From Trichodesmium erythraeum IMS101 (GTDB lineage: Bacteria; Cyanobacteriota; Cyanobacteriia; Cyanobacteriales; Microcoleaceae): 32,000 bases of DNA. Location of the stretch: positions 5,250,001-5,282,000 of the forward strand of contig NC_008312.1 of NCBI RefSeq assembly GCF_000014265.1, given 5' to 3'. Positions within the stretch are counted from its first letter, which is position 1. Each line of letters opens with the position of its first letter. The notes below the pieces were generated by a model, which saw only the letters and a list, made by a program, of their open reading frames with translations, was not told the DNA's origin and searched no databases. The position numbers and the translations under genes are program-made. Below are positions 9,071-19,159 of this stretch, in pieces.

Positions 9071-10216
9071 ATGAAACCAAAGATTTATACTATACCTTTA
9101 AGACAATTTGCTTCTGGGGATTTTCTGTATTTACAAGTTTATAAATTCATTGGAAATCAAGCAGGAAAAAAAGCTTATATTCAAGCAAATTTACATGGAG
9201 CTGAGATTAGTGGTAATGCTGTTATTTATCACTTGATAGAGTTTTTAATGAATCTGGATAATAATCAATTAATAGGAGAAATATGGTTAGTCCCTGTTTG
9301 TAATCCTGAAGGAGTTAATGTGCGATCGCATCAATTTTCATCAGGTAGATATAATAGCTATGATGGTAAAGATTGGAACCGGATATTTTGGGATTATGAA
9401 AAGGAAAATGTAGATATCGAAGCTTTTGCTAAAGCTCAAATCAACTTGTCAGAAACAGAAATAAAAAATAATTATCGCCAGGAAATTTTACGTAGTTTTA
9501 ATCAACAGTTAGAAAAAATTAATTCCCCTAGTAGTACACCTTTCTATAAACAATATAGATATCAACTACAATCGTTATGTTTAGATGCAGATTATGTGAT
9601 AGATTTACATAGTTCAAGTAATCAAAGTTTAGATTATTTTTATTGCTTTCATGGTAGGGAAGAAAGTGCTAAGTCATTTCTTTTTGATTATGGAATTTTA
9701 GTGCTTGAGGGTGAATATGAAGGAAATACTTTTGATGAGGGTTTTTTGAAACCTTGGTTAGCTTTAGAAAGGCATTTGAAAAAGTTAGGAAAACCAATTC
9801 AATTTGATATAGAATCATGGACATTAGAATTAGGTTCAGGAATGAAAATGAACCCCGAATCAGTGACAAAAGGTATTCGGGGATTGAAAAATTATTTAGC
9901 TAATAAAAAGTTATTAAAAATTCCTGAATTTCCCTTGAAGGAATTAGCAGATCATCAAATAGTTTTTACTACTAGACAAGAGATGAAGCCTTATTATGCT
10001 CCTGTAGGTGGTATGATTCAAAATCGAATGGAGCCTGGTACAATTGTTAAAAAAAATCAGCGTCTTTATCAAATACTAAATTTTAACAAAAATCAAGATT
10101 TGCCAAAAGTTGTAGATGTTTTTGCACAAACAGATGGTTTAATTTTAGATAATTCAACAAACCATTGTGTTAATCAAGGAGATTTTGTATTAGAAATTAT
10201 ACGGGAAAAACTGTAG
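9071..10216 (+). CDS. succinylglutamate desuccinylase / aspartoacylase (AstE/AspA, M14-like) family protein
   Basis: N-terminal ANLHGAEISGN zinc-ligand region and a length of about 380 aa match the cyanobacterial AstE/AspA-family proteins. I prefer the ATG at 9071 to the TTG at 9068. Confidence 0.75.
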   Translation: MKPKIYTIPLRQFASGDFLYLQVYKFIGNQAGKKAYIQANLHGAEISGNAVIYHLIEFLMNLDNNQLIGEIWLVPVCNPEGVNVRSHQFSSGRYNSYDGKDWNRIFWDYEKENVDIEAFAKAQINLSETEIKNNYRQEILRSFNQQLEKINSPSSTPFYKQYRYQLQSLCLDADYVIDLHSSSNQSLDYFYCFHGREESAKSFLFDYGILVLEGEYEGNTFDEGFLKPWLALERHLKKLGKPIQFDIESWTLELGSGMKMNPESVTKGIRGLKNYLANKKLLKIPEFPLKELADHQIVFTTRQEMKPYYAPVGGMIQNRMEPGTIVKKNQRLYQILNFNKNQDLPKVVDVFAQTDGLILDNSTNHCVNQGDFVLEIIREKL

Positions 10217-10313
10217 AAGTTTTACATACCAAACTTCTACAAAGTTTCTTGCTAACTCTGGGGCTAAAAGTCTGAAAAACTGTAGTGTTATAGTTGAGGA
10301 AAAATAATTTGAC

Positions 10314-10867
10314 TTAATCTCTGAAACAAAGACATAAGCTTCGAGCAGTTTTGACTAAAGTATCATTAGGCTCTACTGCTCTGTACTTAGCGATCGCCTC
10401 TACAATAGGCACACTGAAACTTGTAGATTTGGCCAAGTTATTATCTGGTCATATTTTCCTTCAGCAATTATATCGACTGCTACTACTCCAAAAGCTGAAG
10501 CAAGTAAAGGGTCGGTGGGGGGGAAGAAAAACCGCCTGGTTAAATATTATCTAACAATGTAAAACGAGTTTCCGCACCAGGACAAACATAGACTTTATCT
10601 GCTAGATAATGTTCAGTACTGCCAAAATGAGACTTAACAAATAAATCATCTTGTATCACTTTCCGTCCTCACGGCCTCTGCTAAAACTATCAAAGAGTAG
10701 TTTTTGTCTAAATTAGAACGTTTGCTAATATAGTTACAAATATTATCTATTTTATCAGGAATTTCGGGTATCAAAATCATATCTGTACTACTAGCAAAAC
10801 CAGCATTTAGAGGAATATGAATCGCATCTCCGCACATTACTTCTAAAATTAGAATGAAACATTTTTT
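10314..10867 (-). pseudogene. pfkA: 6-phosphofructokinase relic (5'-truncated, frameshifted)
   Basis: Four minus-strand pieces in different frames read like the C-terminal part of ATP-PFK. Piece 1 (10867-10646): ILEVMCGDAIHIPLNAGFASSTDMILIPEIPDKIDNICNYISKRSNLDKNYSLIVLAEAVRTE. Piece 2 (10659-10540): GSTEHYLADKVYVCPGAETRFTLL. Pieces 3 and 4 (10539-10314): PTDPLLASAFGVVAVDIIAEGKYDQIITW, then VEAIAKYRAVEPNDTLVKTARSL. There are internal stops, a G7 run (10517-10523) near one frame change, and no N-terminal half. Confidence 0.8.
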
Positions 10868-10962
10868 TCACCGAATTAATTGGATTTCATATTAGATTAT
10901 CAAATGTCGTCATTTGAAATGACAAAAACCTACTTTCTGCACAAATTTAGTTAATTTTTGAC

Positions 10963-13698
10963 TTAATTTGACTGGAACTTATCCAAGCGATCGCGCAAAA
11001 ATTCTGCCTGCTTTTCTGCCTCTGCCAAATTATTTCTAGTTTCCTCCACAAATTTAGGGTCTGCCTTCTTCACAAAATCTGGTTTACTCAACCGTTTTTT
11101 AGTAGATCCTATCTCTTTTTCCAACTTCTCTAACTTTTTGTTCAGTCTAGCAGATAAAGCTTCAATATCTACTACTCCTGATAATGGAATTAAAACTTGT
11201 ACAGTACCAATAACACCAGCAATAGTTTGACCAACCTTTAAATCAACACTAGAAGTAATATTCAACTTTTCAATTTTAATTAAATCCTGAATATAATTCT
11301 CTCCTTTCCTCAAAATTTCACGTTCCTGTTCATTCTGACTCTGCAAAATTGCCGTAATTTTTACCTTTGGCTTAATATCAACCTCCGCCCGTAAATTTCT
11401 GAGACTCCGAATTACCCCAATTAATAACTCAAACTCATGCTCCAAATCAGAATTAATTAAAGATTTATCTAACTTTGGATAAGACTGTAAAGCCAAACAA
11501 TTTTCTTCTCCAACTTGATTCAAAGTATGCCAAATTTCTTCAGTAATATGAGGCATAAAAGGATGTAATAACCTTAAAATTCCATCCAAAACATAAGCTA
11601 AAGTTTGCTGTGCCACCAACCGAGAATTTTCATCTTCACCCTGTAAACGAGACTTAACTAATTCAAGATACCAATCACAAAAATATCCCCAAATAAATTC
11701 ATAAAGACCTTTAGCAGCTTCTCCCAAACCATAATTATCTAAATAATCGCAAGTTTGTTGCACAGTCTGATAGAAGTGAGACAAAATCCAACGGTCAACT
11801 AATTCTAATTTATCTACCTCTGGTTTCCCTAATTCTTCAGGAGTTTTACCCTCTAATTTCATCATGACAAACCTAGCAGCATTCCAAATTTTATTAGTAA
11901 AATTTCGAGAAGCTTCTACTGATGCAGACTCATCAGTTTCTCTATTATAATCCATCCTCACATCTTGTCCTGCTCCAGCAGTTTCTCGCATCAAAGTGTA
12001 ACGTAAAGCATCGGTACCATACTTTTCAATTAATAATAATGGGTTAATACCATTTCCAGCAGATTTAGATTGTTTTTTACCGTTTTCATCTAACATTAAA
12101 CCGTGAATATAAACAGTTTCAAATGGCATTTTTCCAGTCAAATGTACTCCCATCATTGTCATTCTAGCTACCCAAAAAAAGATGATATCAAAACCAGTAG
12201 AAAGAGTGCTAGTAGGATAATATTTTTCTAAGTCTGGAGTATTTTCCGGCCAGCCCAATGTGGAAAACGGCCATAAACTAGATGAAAACCAAGTATCAAG
12301 AACATCTGGGTCTTGTTGAATTTTGACATGGTCGCCAAATTTTTTCTTTGCTACTTCTAACGCTTCCGCTTCAAAGCGAGCCACAACAAAAGGAGTATTA
12401 TCGGCAATTTCTCCATTAGTTTCACTAATAACATACCAAGCCGGAATTTGATGACCCCACCAGAGTTGTCGGGAAATACACCAGTCTTGAATTTTTACCA
12501 ACCAGTCGCGATAAACTTTCGTCCAACGTTCAGGAACAAATTTGGGTTGGTTGTGCCTATCCAATAATTCCAGTGTTTTCTCCGCCAAGGGTTTAATTTT
12601 AACAAACCACTGAGTTGAGAGCAGTGGTTCTACAGGTACTTTGCCACGATCACTATAGGGAACACTATGACTATAATCTTCTACTTTTACTAAAACCCCT
12701 TCTTCCTTTAACCGTTGGACAACATTTTTCCGCGCCTCAAAACGGTCTTGCTCAACAAACACTCCCGCATTTTCATTCAAGCTACCATCTTTATTCATAA
12801 TATTGATTAACGGCAAGTTATGACGTTTACCCATTTCAAAATCATTAGGGTCGTGAGCGGGAGTAACTTTAACACAACCAGTACCAAACTCAGGATCAAC
12901 CAACTCATCAGCAATAATAGGTATTTCCCGTTTCATTATTGGTAGCATAACAGTTTTGCCGATAATATCTTTGTAGCGATCGTCATTAGGGTTAACAGCA
13001 ACACCAGTATCTCCCAACATTGTTTCTGGGCGAGTAGTAGCGACTTCCACATAACCACTGCCATCAGTGAGAGGATAACGGAAATGCCAGAGGTTCCCAT
13101 TAACTTCTTTATTTTCTACCTCTAAGTCAGAAACAGCAGACTGACTAGCCGGACACCAGTTGACCAAATAATTACCACGATAGATGAGACCTTGTTCGTA
13201 GAGACGCATGAATGCCTCAATGACAGCTTTTGATAAGCCTTCATCCAGGGTAAAACGTTCCCGTGTCCAGTCTGTAGAAACTCCTAAGCGACGCAGTTGA
13301 TTAACAATAGTGCCACCAGACTCTGCTTTCCATTCCCAGGCAAGTTTGAGAAATTTTTCCCGCCCGACATCGTAGCGAGTTTGGCCATCCGCTTTGAGTT
13401 TGCGTTCCAGAATAGTTTGAACTGCGATACTAGCGTGATCTGTGCCTGGGAGGTAGAGGGTATTGTCACCACGCATCCGATGGTAACGGATAAGGGCATC
13501 AATAAGAGAATTATTGAAAGCATGGCCTGCATGGAGACTACCTGTAACATTTGGTGGAGGAATGACTATGCAGTAGGGGTCGCCTGCTTGCTTAGGGTCT
13601 GCTTTGAAAGTATTGTTTTCTTCCCAATATCTCTGCCATTTAGCTTCAGTGACAAAGGGGTCGTATTTTGTTGGTAGTTCTGGTATGCTTCTTGTCAT
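10963..13698 (-). CDS. valS: valine--tRNA ligase
   Basis: 911 aa with a class I HIGH motif ([12 protein letters not shown]), KMSKS (KQSKSAGN), an editing-domain-sized insertion and a C-terminal coiled coil. Confidence 0.97.
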   Translation of the reverse strand: MTRSIPELPTKYDPFVTEAKWQRYWEENNTFKADPKQAGDPYCIVIPPPNVTGSLHAGHAFNNSLIDALIRYHRMRGDNTLYLPGTDHASIAVQTILERKLKADGQTRYDVGREKFLKLAWEWKAESGGTIVNQLRRLGVSTDWTRERFTLDEGLSKAVIEAFMRLYEQGLIYRGNYLVNWCPASQSAVSDLEVENKEVNGNLWHFRYPLTDGSGYVEVATTRPETMLGDTGVAVNPNDDRYKDIIGKTVMLPIMKREIPIIADELVDPEFGTGCVKVTPAHDPNDFEMGKRHNLPLINIMNKDGSLNENAGVFVEQDRFEARKNVVQRLKEEGVLVKVEDYSHSVPYSDRGKVPVEPLLSTQWFVKIKPLAEKTLELLDRHNQPKFVPERWTKVYRDWLVKIQDWCISRQLWWGHQIPAWYVISETNGEIADNTPFVVARFEAEALEVAKKKFGDHVKIQQDPDVLDTWFSSSLWPFSTLGWPENTPDLEKYYPTSTLSTGFDIIFFWVARMTMMGVHLTGKMPFETVYIHGLMLDENGKKQSKSAGNGINPLLLIEKYGTDALRYTLMRETAGAGQDVRMDYNRETDESASVEASRNFTNKIWNAARFVMMKLEGKTPEELGKPEVDKLELVDRWILSHFYQTVQQTCDYLDNYGLGEAAKGLYEFIWGYFCDWYLELVKSRLQGEDENSRLVAQQTLAYVLDGILRLLHPFMPHITEEIWHTLNQVGEENCLALQSYPKLDKSLINSDLEHEFELLIGVIRSLRNLRAEVDIKPKVKITAILQSQNEQEREILRKGENYIQDLIKIEKLNITSSVDLKVGQTIAGVIGTVQVLIPLSGVVDIEALSARLNKKLEKLEKEIGSTKKRLSKPDFVKKADPKFVEETRNNLAEAEKQAEFLRDRLDKFQSN

Positions 13699-13701
13699 TT
13701 A

Positions 13702-13736
13702 ACTTATGAGTTATCAGTTATCAGTTATTAGTACTT
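13702..13736. repeat. heptamer tandem array (AGTTATC-type, about 5 units), STRR-like
   Basis: Units read acttatg agttatc agttatc agttatt agtactt. The array starts 4 nt upstream of the valS start codon. Confidence 0.8.
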
Positions 13737-14341
13737 CTAAATGAAGCCAGAGCTTTGAAATACTAAAGTTTATTTTTTTCATCCCCAAATAAATAGTTTT
13801 CAGCTGGGGAAAATAAAAAAAATGATTATCCTTTAGGGACTTTGCATGCCACCCACGTTCCATAAATCCAAATTGTAACATTAAAAGTAATATACTAATC
13901 AGTAGTTTAGTAAGTACTTATACTATATAAATCATCTTTATTAACCTTTCTCAGAAGTCAAATTATCAGGAAAATATTAAGCATAAATACTTGATTGTGT
14001 ACTCAATTATAACCACTATAATTTTCTCCTGATTCTTGTGCGGGGGAGTGGTGAATGGCCACTACGACTCCTAACTCCTGATTTCTCATACTATATTTTG
14101 TCGTGGGGAATTTAGAATGGAACGTCCCTACTTTCTTTGTGGTTTACTAATCATCAAAAAAACCTGTAAAAGAGCAGGAGCTTTAAGACCTTATTTTTTA
14201 GTCATAGATAGGAAAGAAAAATTTTTGGACGTTGTTTAATTTCTTTTAAGATTGTGCAATTCTCTAAAGAACATGATATGTTCATATTTTTTTATCTCAA
14301 TGGTTTTGATTACTTAGAAATATTTGGTCATCCTTTTTTAT

Positions 14342-15049
14342 CTAAGTAGTTAATAAATAAAGAGATTCCCAGTTTAGTACATCTTCTAAAAGGGATTGAT
14401 AACCTCTAACATTAGGATGAATCCCATCATTACAGAGACGTGATCGCCACCAACTTTCCCCCCGAATTAACCATTTTTCAAAGACATCTAAATAAGGTAT
14501 TTGTCGCTTTAAACAAGCTAAACGAGTTGCCTCCTTATATATGTATTGGTCATCGTGACTATAATATAAACAATTCTGGAAAGGCATTTTAGCTTGGTCA
14601 ACAGGAACCATTCCTACAAATATTACAGGGCAAAGTTGCTTTGATGTATCTAATAACTTATCTAAAATTTTTTGAAATCTGGAAAAATCTGTATAATAAC
14701 GTCCATCTGGTCTTTGGACTCTAGCAGAATCATTTACCCCAACAGAAAGAAGAATAATATCTGGCTGACGATTTTTTAATTCTCCCCGATGACGAAACTC
14801 ATCCTCCAAGCGTTGTTCCACTTGTAAAACTCGGTTTCCCCGGACTCCCAAATTATATAGTACATGACCAGGACTATCTGGTAACATCCAATGTCGTCGT
14901 AGTCTTTCTACCCATCCACCACCTTCATAATCACCAAAACCATAAACTAAGCTATCTCCTAATGCAACTATTTTTAGAGGATGATGATAGGACCCAGAAA
15001 AGTGGTTTTGCTTTGAAGTATCAAGGACTGATGTTAACATAAATAACAA
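14342..15049 (-). CDS. SGNH/GDSL-family hydrolase
   Basis: Block I ALGDSLVYG (GDS), block III GVNDS, and block V DGIHPN near the C-terminus. Confidence 0.8.
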   Translation of the reverse strand: MLFMLTSVLDTSKQNHFSGSYHHPLKIVALGDSLVYGFGDYEGGGWVERLRRHWMLPDSPGHVLYNLGVRGNRVLQVEQRLEDEFRHRGELKNRQPDIILLSVGVNDSARVQRPDGRYYTDFSRFQKILDKLLDTSKQLCPVIFVGMVPVDQAKMPFQNCLYYSHDDQYIYKEATRLACLKRQIPYLDVFEKWLIRGESWWRSRLCNDGIHPNVRGYQSLLEDVLNWESLYLLTT

Positions 15050-15501
15050 ATATAATTTTAAAAAATTTAGATCAGTTTTATTATAATTTATTATAATTAA
15101 TTAATATTTATGAAGTTTTAACTACAAAAATTTAGTATTCGTGTAAATAGTTGTACTAATTAATTATTACTAGTTGATTTAAGGGTAAAAGTATTGACAG
15201 ATAAAGGCTTTAGCCTTTTTGGGAAAAAAATATCAGCTTTTCACAAGTTTCAGGGCTCAAATAATTTAGGGTTTTGGGCGCTCATTCCAGAAGGCATCCA
15301 GGGACAATTTTTACCTATATCCACCTATATCCTTATATAAAATTCCTGTTTATCCTTCCAACCTACTCCCTCAAAAGACTTTTTCAGTAAATTCTAATTA
15401 CAAGCAGATTTGGTGATTAATATGGTATAGTTATTTTAGTAACGTCTTTAATTAGGGTAAATATTTTTTTTATTTATTCCCTATCCTATTCCCTATTCTA
15501 T

Positions 15502-15750
15502 ATGCAAAAGCAATCTAATATTAATTCGGTAGAACTAAGCCGTAAGTCTGAGGAGCTAATCAAAGCTTCTTCTAATCGCTATCGGGCTGTGGTACAAGTA
15601 GCTAATCGTGCCAAGCGTCGTCGTTATGAAGATTTTGATAATTTTGATGAGCAAGCAGTCAAGCCAGTCATTCGTGCTGTATTGGAAATGTCTGATGAGT
15701 TGATGCAACCAGAAATAATTAGTGAAGTTGGCAATAATATAGATAGATAA
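15502..15750 (+). CDS. rpoZ: DNA-directed RNA polymerase subunit omega (cyanobacterial type)
   Basis: SSNRYRAVVQVANRAKRRRYEDFDNFDE...KPVIRAVLEMSDEL matches the conserved core of cyanobacterial RpoZ. The size, about 80 aa, also fits. Confidence 0.85.
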   Translation: MQKQSNINSVELSRKSEELIKASSNRYRAVVQVANRAKRRRYEDFDNFDEQAVKPVIRAVLEMSDELMQPEIISEVGNNIDR

Positions 15751-15783
15751 ATTATTAATAATAATATTTGGTAGTTAATAGCC

Positions 15784-16440
15784 ATGAGCAATAAGCAATG
15801 GCTCAAATATTTCAATATTACTTTTATAACAGCAATGGTTTGGGTTAGTATAGGGTTATTGTGGACTTCTTTAATTAGTGCAGCACACCCTTCTACTTAT
15901 TTATTTAAATACCAGTTTAAAAAAATTACAAGCCAAGACAATTCTCAGTACCCCATAAAAATTGTCCAACAGCTGGTTCAACCTAAAGAAGTCTGGCCAT
16001 TTGTCTATGAAAAAATACCAGATTTGCCATTGGAAAATTATTACATATCTAAGGAAACGGGGAAAGTAAATACTGAGGATACTTTGGTATCGCGTCTAAT
16101 TAGGTATCATTTCTATGTCAAAGGTCGTGCGCCTAATTATAGATTTGATTGGAAATTAACATTAGCAGATTATTTGGGGGCTAATGATTATCTACGGTCA
16201 TCTGTATATCCTGGTAATGATTCTTTGACAGAAAATCCAATGAAGGGCGATCGCCAAGCAATTCAAAATTTAACTCGTTCTCAAAGAAATGCTTTAGTTA
16301 ATAGGTTAGTAGATATTTTTGGAGGCGACTCTAACCCTCCATCTATTCCAAAAATGGAATACAGAGGTGACTCTGAGCAGGTAGCTCCTAGGGTACCAGT
16401 TATTCTTAAACAAGAAGGTGCAGATTTACTTAAACCTTAA
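15784..16440 (+). CDS. hypothetical membrane-anchored or secreted protein
   Basis: 218-codon ORF with an N-terminal hydrophobic helix (ITFITAMVWVSIGLLWTSLISAA). It starts 34 nt after rpoZ on the same strand. No family recognised. Confidence 0.6.
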   Translation: MSNKQWLKYFNITFITAMVWVSIGLLWTSLISAAHPSTYLFKYQFKKITSQDNSQYPIKIVQQLVQPKEVWPFVYEKIPDLPLENYYISKETGKVNTEDTLVSRLIRYHFYVKGRAPNYRFDWKLTLADYLGANDYLRSSVYPGNDSLTENPMKGDRQAIQNLTRSQRNALVNRLVDIFGGDSNPPSIPKMEYRGDSEQVAPRVPVILKQEGADLLKP

Positions 16441-16750
16441 CTAGCTATCAGCTTTTCTCTGAAAATTGTCTATAAATGGCCATTCTGCTATCACATAAAA
16501 ATTCAGGGGTAACAGTCCCACGTTTTGAAGGCATTGCTGAATCAAGCTATGAAACTATTATTTGGCCAAATCTTCAATGCTTTTGTTAGGTGTTTTGGGC
16601 TGTTGCCGAAATAAAACACTAAAGGACATAAAATTTGGTAATGATGAAGAGTATTATCGCTATTTAAAGAAAAATCATAGCAACCCATCGGCAAAGGTCA
16701 TTTTACAAAGCTGCTGATGTCTATGAAAGGGACTTAAGCTCCCTATTATG

Positions 16751-16849
16751 AACTTTGAGAAACTGATTATTGATTACTAATTACTGAGTATTTTTTTAAC
16801 TATAAACTTTGAGAAGCTGATTACTGTAATTGCTGAGTAATAGTTTAAG
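16751..16849. repeat. direct repeat pair directly upstream of the next CDS
   Basis: aactttgagaaactgattattgattactaattactgagta (16751-16790) and aactttgagaagctgattactgtaattgctgagta (16805-16849 region). Internally these are heptamer-like (actgatt/attgatt/actaatt). Confidence 0.7.
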
Positions 16850-16851
16850 TT

Positions 16852-17217
16852 ATGGAACGAATAGTCAAAAGTGGAGTTGGTTGGCGCTTAGGTTGGAACC
16901 CTGAAGCACCAGAGTTTCAAGGTTTAGTGGGTGGGGATAATTGGTCAATAGAACTGAGTGCAGGAGAATTAGATGATTTTTGTCGATTATTACACCAGTT
17001 AAGCAAAACTATTAGCCAAATGGCGGACGAGTTGATGGATGAGGAAAGAATAGTATGTGAAGCTGAAAGTGATTTGCTATGGATGCAGGTGGAAGGTTTT
17101 CCTGAAAGTTATACCGTTCAGTTTATTTTAAATCAAGGGCGCAGGGGCGAGGGAAAATGGCCTGTAGATGCTGTACCTAGTTTAGTCGAAGCAGCAGAAA
17201 TGTTGAAGATTTTTTGA
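16852..17217 (+). CDS. conserved cyanobacterial hypothetical protein (DUF1818-like)
   Basis: 121 aa. The N-terminus KSGVGWRLGWNPEAPEFQGLVGGDNWSIELSAGELDDFCRLL resembles the small DUF1818 family as I recall it. The family assignment is from memory, not a search. Confidence 0.65.
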   Translation: MERIVKSGVGWRLGWNPEAPEFQGLVGGDNWSIELSAGELDDFCRLLHQLSKTISQMADELMDEERIVCEAESDLLWMQVEGFPESYTVQFILNQGRRGEGKWPVDAVPSLVEAAEMLKIF

Positions 17218-17765
17218 TTAATATCATGTCTTTTGGAATGCTCAAAACAAAAATTTTAGGAAATAGGTAATAGGGTTTAAAAAATAGGGAGCAATTGGAA
17301 AAAGAAAAACATTTTTGATTATGGCTAATTTAGGGTTTGCTAAAAAACATTTTTGAAAATTTTTTTTTGAGAAGGGACTGGTTAGGAAAAATGGGAATTA
17401 TATAAAGGAAGTAGGATTTAAGAATTCTTCGTTACTACCCTCTGCCCTTGTCTAGCTAAAATCCTAACTTATGTGAGCAAGAGCTATGGAAAAGCTGGAC
17501 TAAAAAAAAAGACTAAATCCTTTGAGAGTTAATCAGCAAGCTATACTGAATCAGACTTGGTATATATCTGTGGTAATATGTTATGATTTAAAAATATGCT
17601 TTAAAATGTTTTTAGTAAAATAACTTGTCAAAATGTGATTTAAGATGTACTATTGATATAAGCTAAGGGCATGGATGTTACTAAATACTGAAACTCAGTT
17701 TTGTTAAATACTACTTTTAACTTTGTTCTTTCTGGCTTATTATTTGTTTGTTTATATTGCTATAA

Positions 17766-17839
17766 CGGGGCGTAGCGCAGCTTGGTAGCGCACCACTTTG
17801 GGGTAGTGGGGGTCGTGGGTTCAAATCCCGCCGCTCCGA
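17766..17839 (+). tRNA. trnP: tRNA-Pro (anticodon GGG)
   Basis: The 74-nt cloverleaf folds by hand. Acceptor CGGGGCG/CGCTCCG (one G-U); D stem GCGC/GCGC; anticodon stem CCACT/AGTGG with loop TTGGGGT; variable loop GGGTC; T stem GTGGG/CCCGC with loop TTCAAAT; discriminator A. CCA is not encoded. Confidence 0.93.
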
Positions 17840-19159
17840 TTAAAAAGAAATTTTAATATTACGGTTATAGAAAAATTTCTATTAATAAAGGGTTATTATA
17901 AAGGGCTACATTAGTAATATTAACCCAATGATCATACAGAAGTTTTCGCGATTGAAAGCAAAAAGTAGTATATATCGACCCATGATAAGAAAGGTGGGAA
18001 AAAATAATACTCGGATCAAGAGTGTGTTTTCTTCACTTAAGTTCTCCCTTTCATGAATGGGAATAGGATGAAAAACTTTCTATCTGTTTGTACATAAGTA
18101 ATTTTGAGTTGCCACAATAGTTCTATAAAATCTTTAAACAAATCTACTAGTTCATTGGTATTAGAGTTAATTTTGCGGTTCTAAAGTAATTTAGTTCAAA
18201 TTCCCGCCCATAGTGTTTGTAAATGTTTGTAGTTTGATTCATTTTTGTTGTTACCAATGGATCCTATTACTATTTATGCGAGATTCACTGTTTTGCCTCT
18301 AAATATGGCCATAAAATAGCTAAAAAACTTAGTCTAGCTCCATGGCATTTGAGCTCAGGTTTAAATGTTTGTTTGAGTAAGTTATACCTGGCTCATAGGG
18401 TTTCATTCATGCTTATTCTAATTTTTATGAAACCCTTTTCCTCTCAACTTTTGCAAGTTTTGTTCTGTACTTAGATTTTTCATACTCCGGCCTGGCTATA
18501 GAATTCCAAAATCTCTACCTATTGCTTTTTGGGACAACCCTGTCGTCTTAGGTAGTAAGTGGGGGGTTGACTTTTAACTTATGTGAAAGGTTATGGGGAT
18601 ATCTTTATAAAAATTTCAACTTTTCCCAGACAAATATGCCGGGTTAAAAAATTACAGAAAGTGAAAGTTTGAGTGATGTATTAATAGTAAATTTATATCA
18701 GTTAAAATGTTTAATTTTAATTATTTCTCTAGCTTTAATTTTGACAATTTATGCTTCTAATGATCTTCCTTAAATCAATATATTTATCAAAAATTTTTTT
18801 TTGAATATAACTAGATAATAATCTGTATTGGAATATCTATATGTGGTGTAAAAGTAAAGCAGGAAAAGAACTAGCAAAATTGTAGAATAAGGTAACTAAA
18901 TATAATCAATTAATCATAGCTGTAGAGATTATGGGTAAATTAGCTTAAGATATAGTACGATTGATTAATTTTTATAAATTAAAATAAAAGTATCGTCACA
19001 GAAAACTTTTTAAAGTAGAATTAAAATACAAAAACATATTGTACGGAAAGTACCCGAATAGGATATCGGAAAAACACTAAATTTTAAATCAATTTTAGTG
19101 ATAAATACTTAAATCATCCAATATAAACCCAATTACTTTTAATTAACTTTAGAAAAAAA

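Noticed and set aside
9669-9869. 66-codon minus-strand ORF inside the AstE-like gene
   Set aside because: It is antisense to a supported CDS.
10351-10554. 67-codon plus-strand ORF
   Set aside because: It lies antisense to the recognisable pfkA relic. The minus-strand translation carries clear PFK sequence and this one carries nothing.
12615-13677. Three ORFs (12615-12800 +, 13284-13550 -, 13297-13677 +) within valS
   Set aside because: They are alternative or antisense frames of valS without motifs. valS fully explains the region.
13910-13923. GTAagtacttaTAC, an exact match to the NtcA consensus GTA-N8-TAC
   Set aside because: Six fixed bases are expected by chance several times in 32 kb of AT-rich DNA. 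No properly spaced -10 box (TAN3T about 22 nt downstream) lies on either side, and the site is over 200 bp from valS.
14038-14115. GTG-initiated mini-ORF beginning M-RGSGE, reminiscent of the PatS/HetN RGSGR heterocyst-inhibitor pentapeptide
   Set aside because: The motif is RGSGE, not RGSGR. It sits at the N-terminus rather than the C-terminus and the start codon is speculative. A second near-match (LGSGR, minus strand near 22950) has no start codon at all.
15320-15335. TATATCCACC, close to a DnaA box (TTATCCACA), within the duplicated CCTATATCC motif upstream of rpoZ
   Set aside because: It is a single imperfect box with no cluster of boxes and no adjacent dnaA or dnaN, so there is not enough evidence for an origin.
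15624-15815. 63-codon minus-strand ORF overlapping the rpoZ 3' end and the start of the next gene
   Set aside because: It is antisense to two co-oriented supported genes and its peptide is low-complexity hydrophobic.
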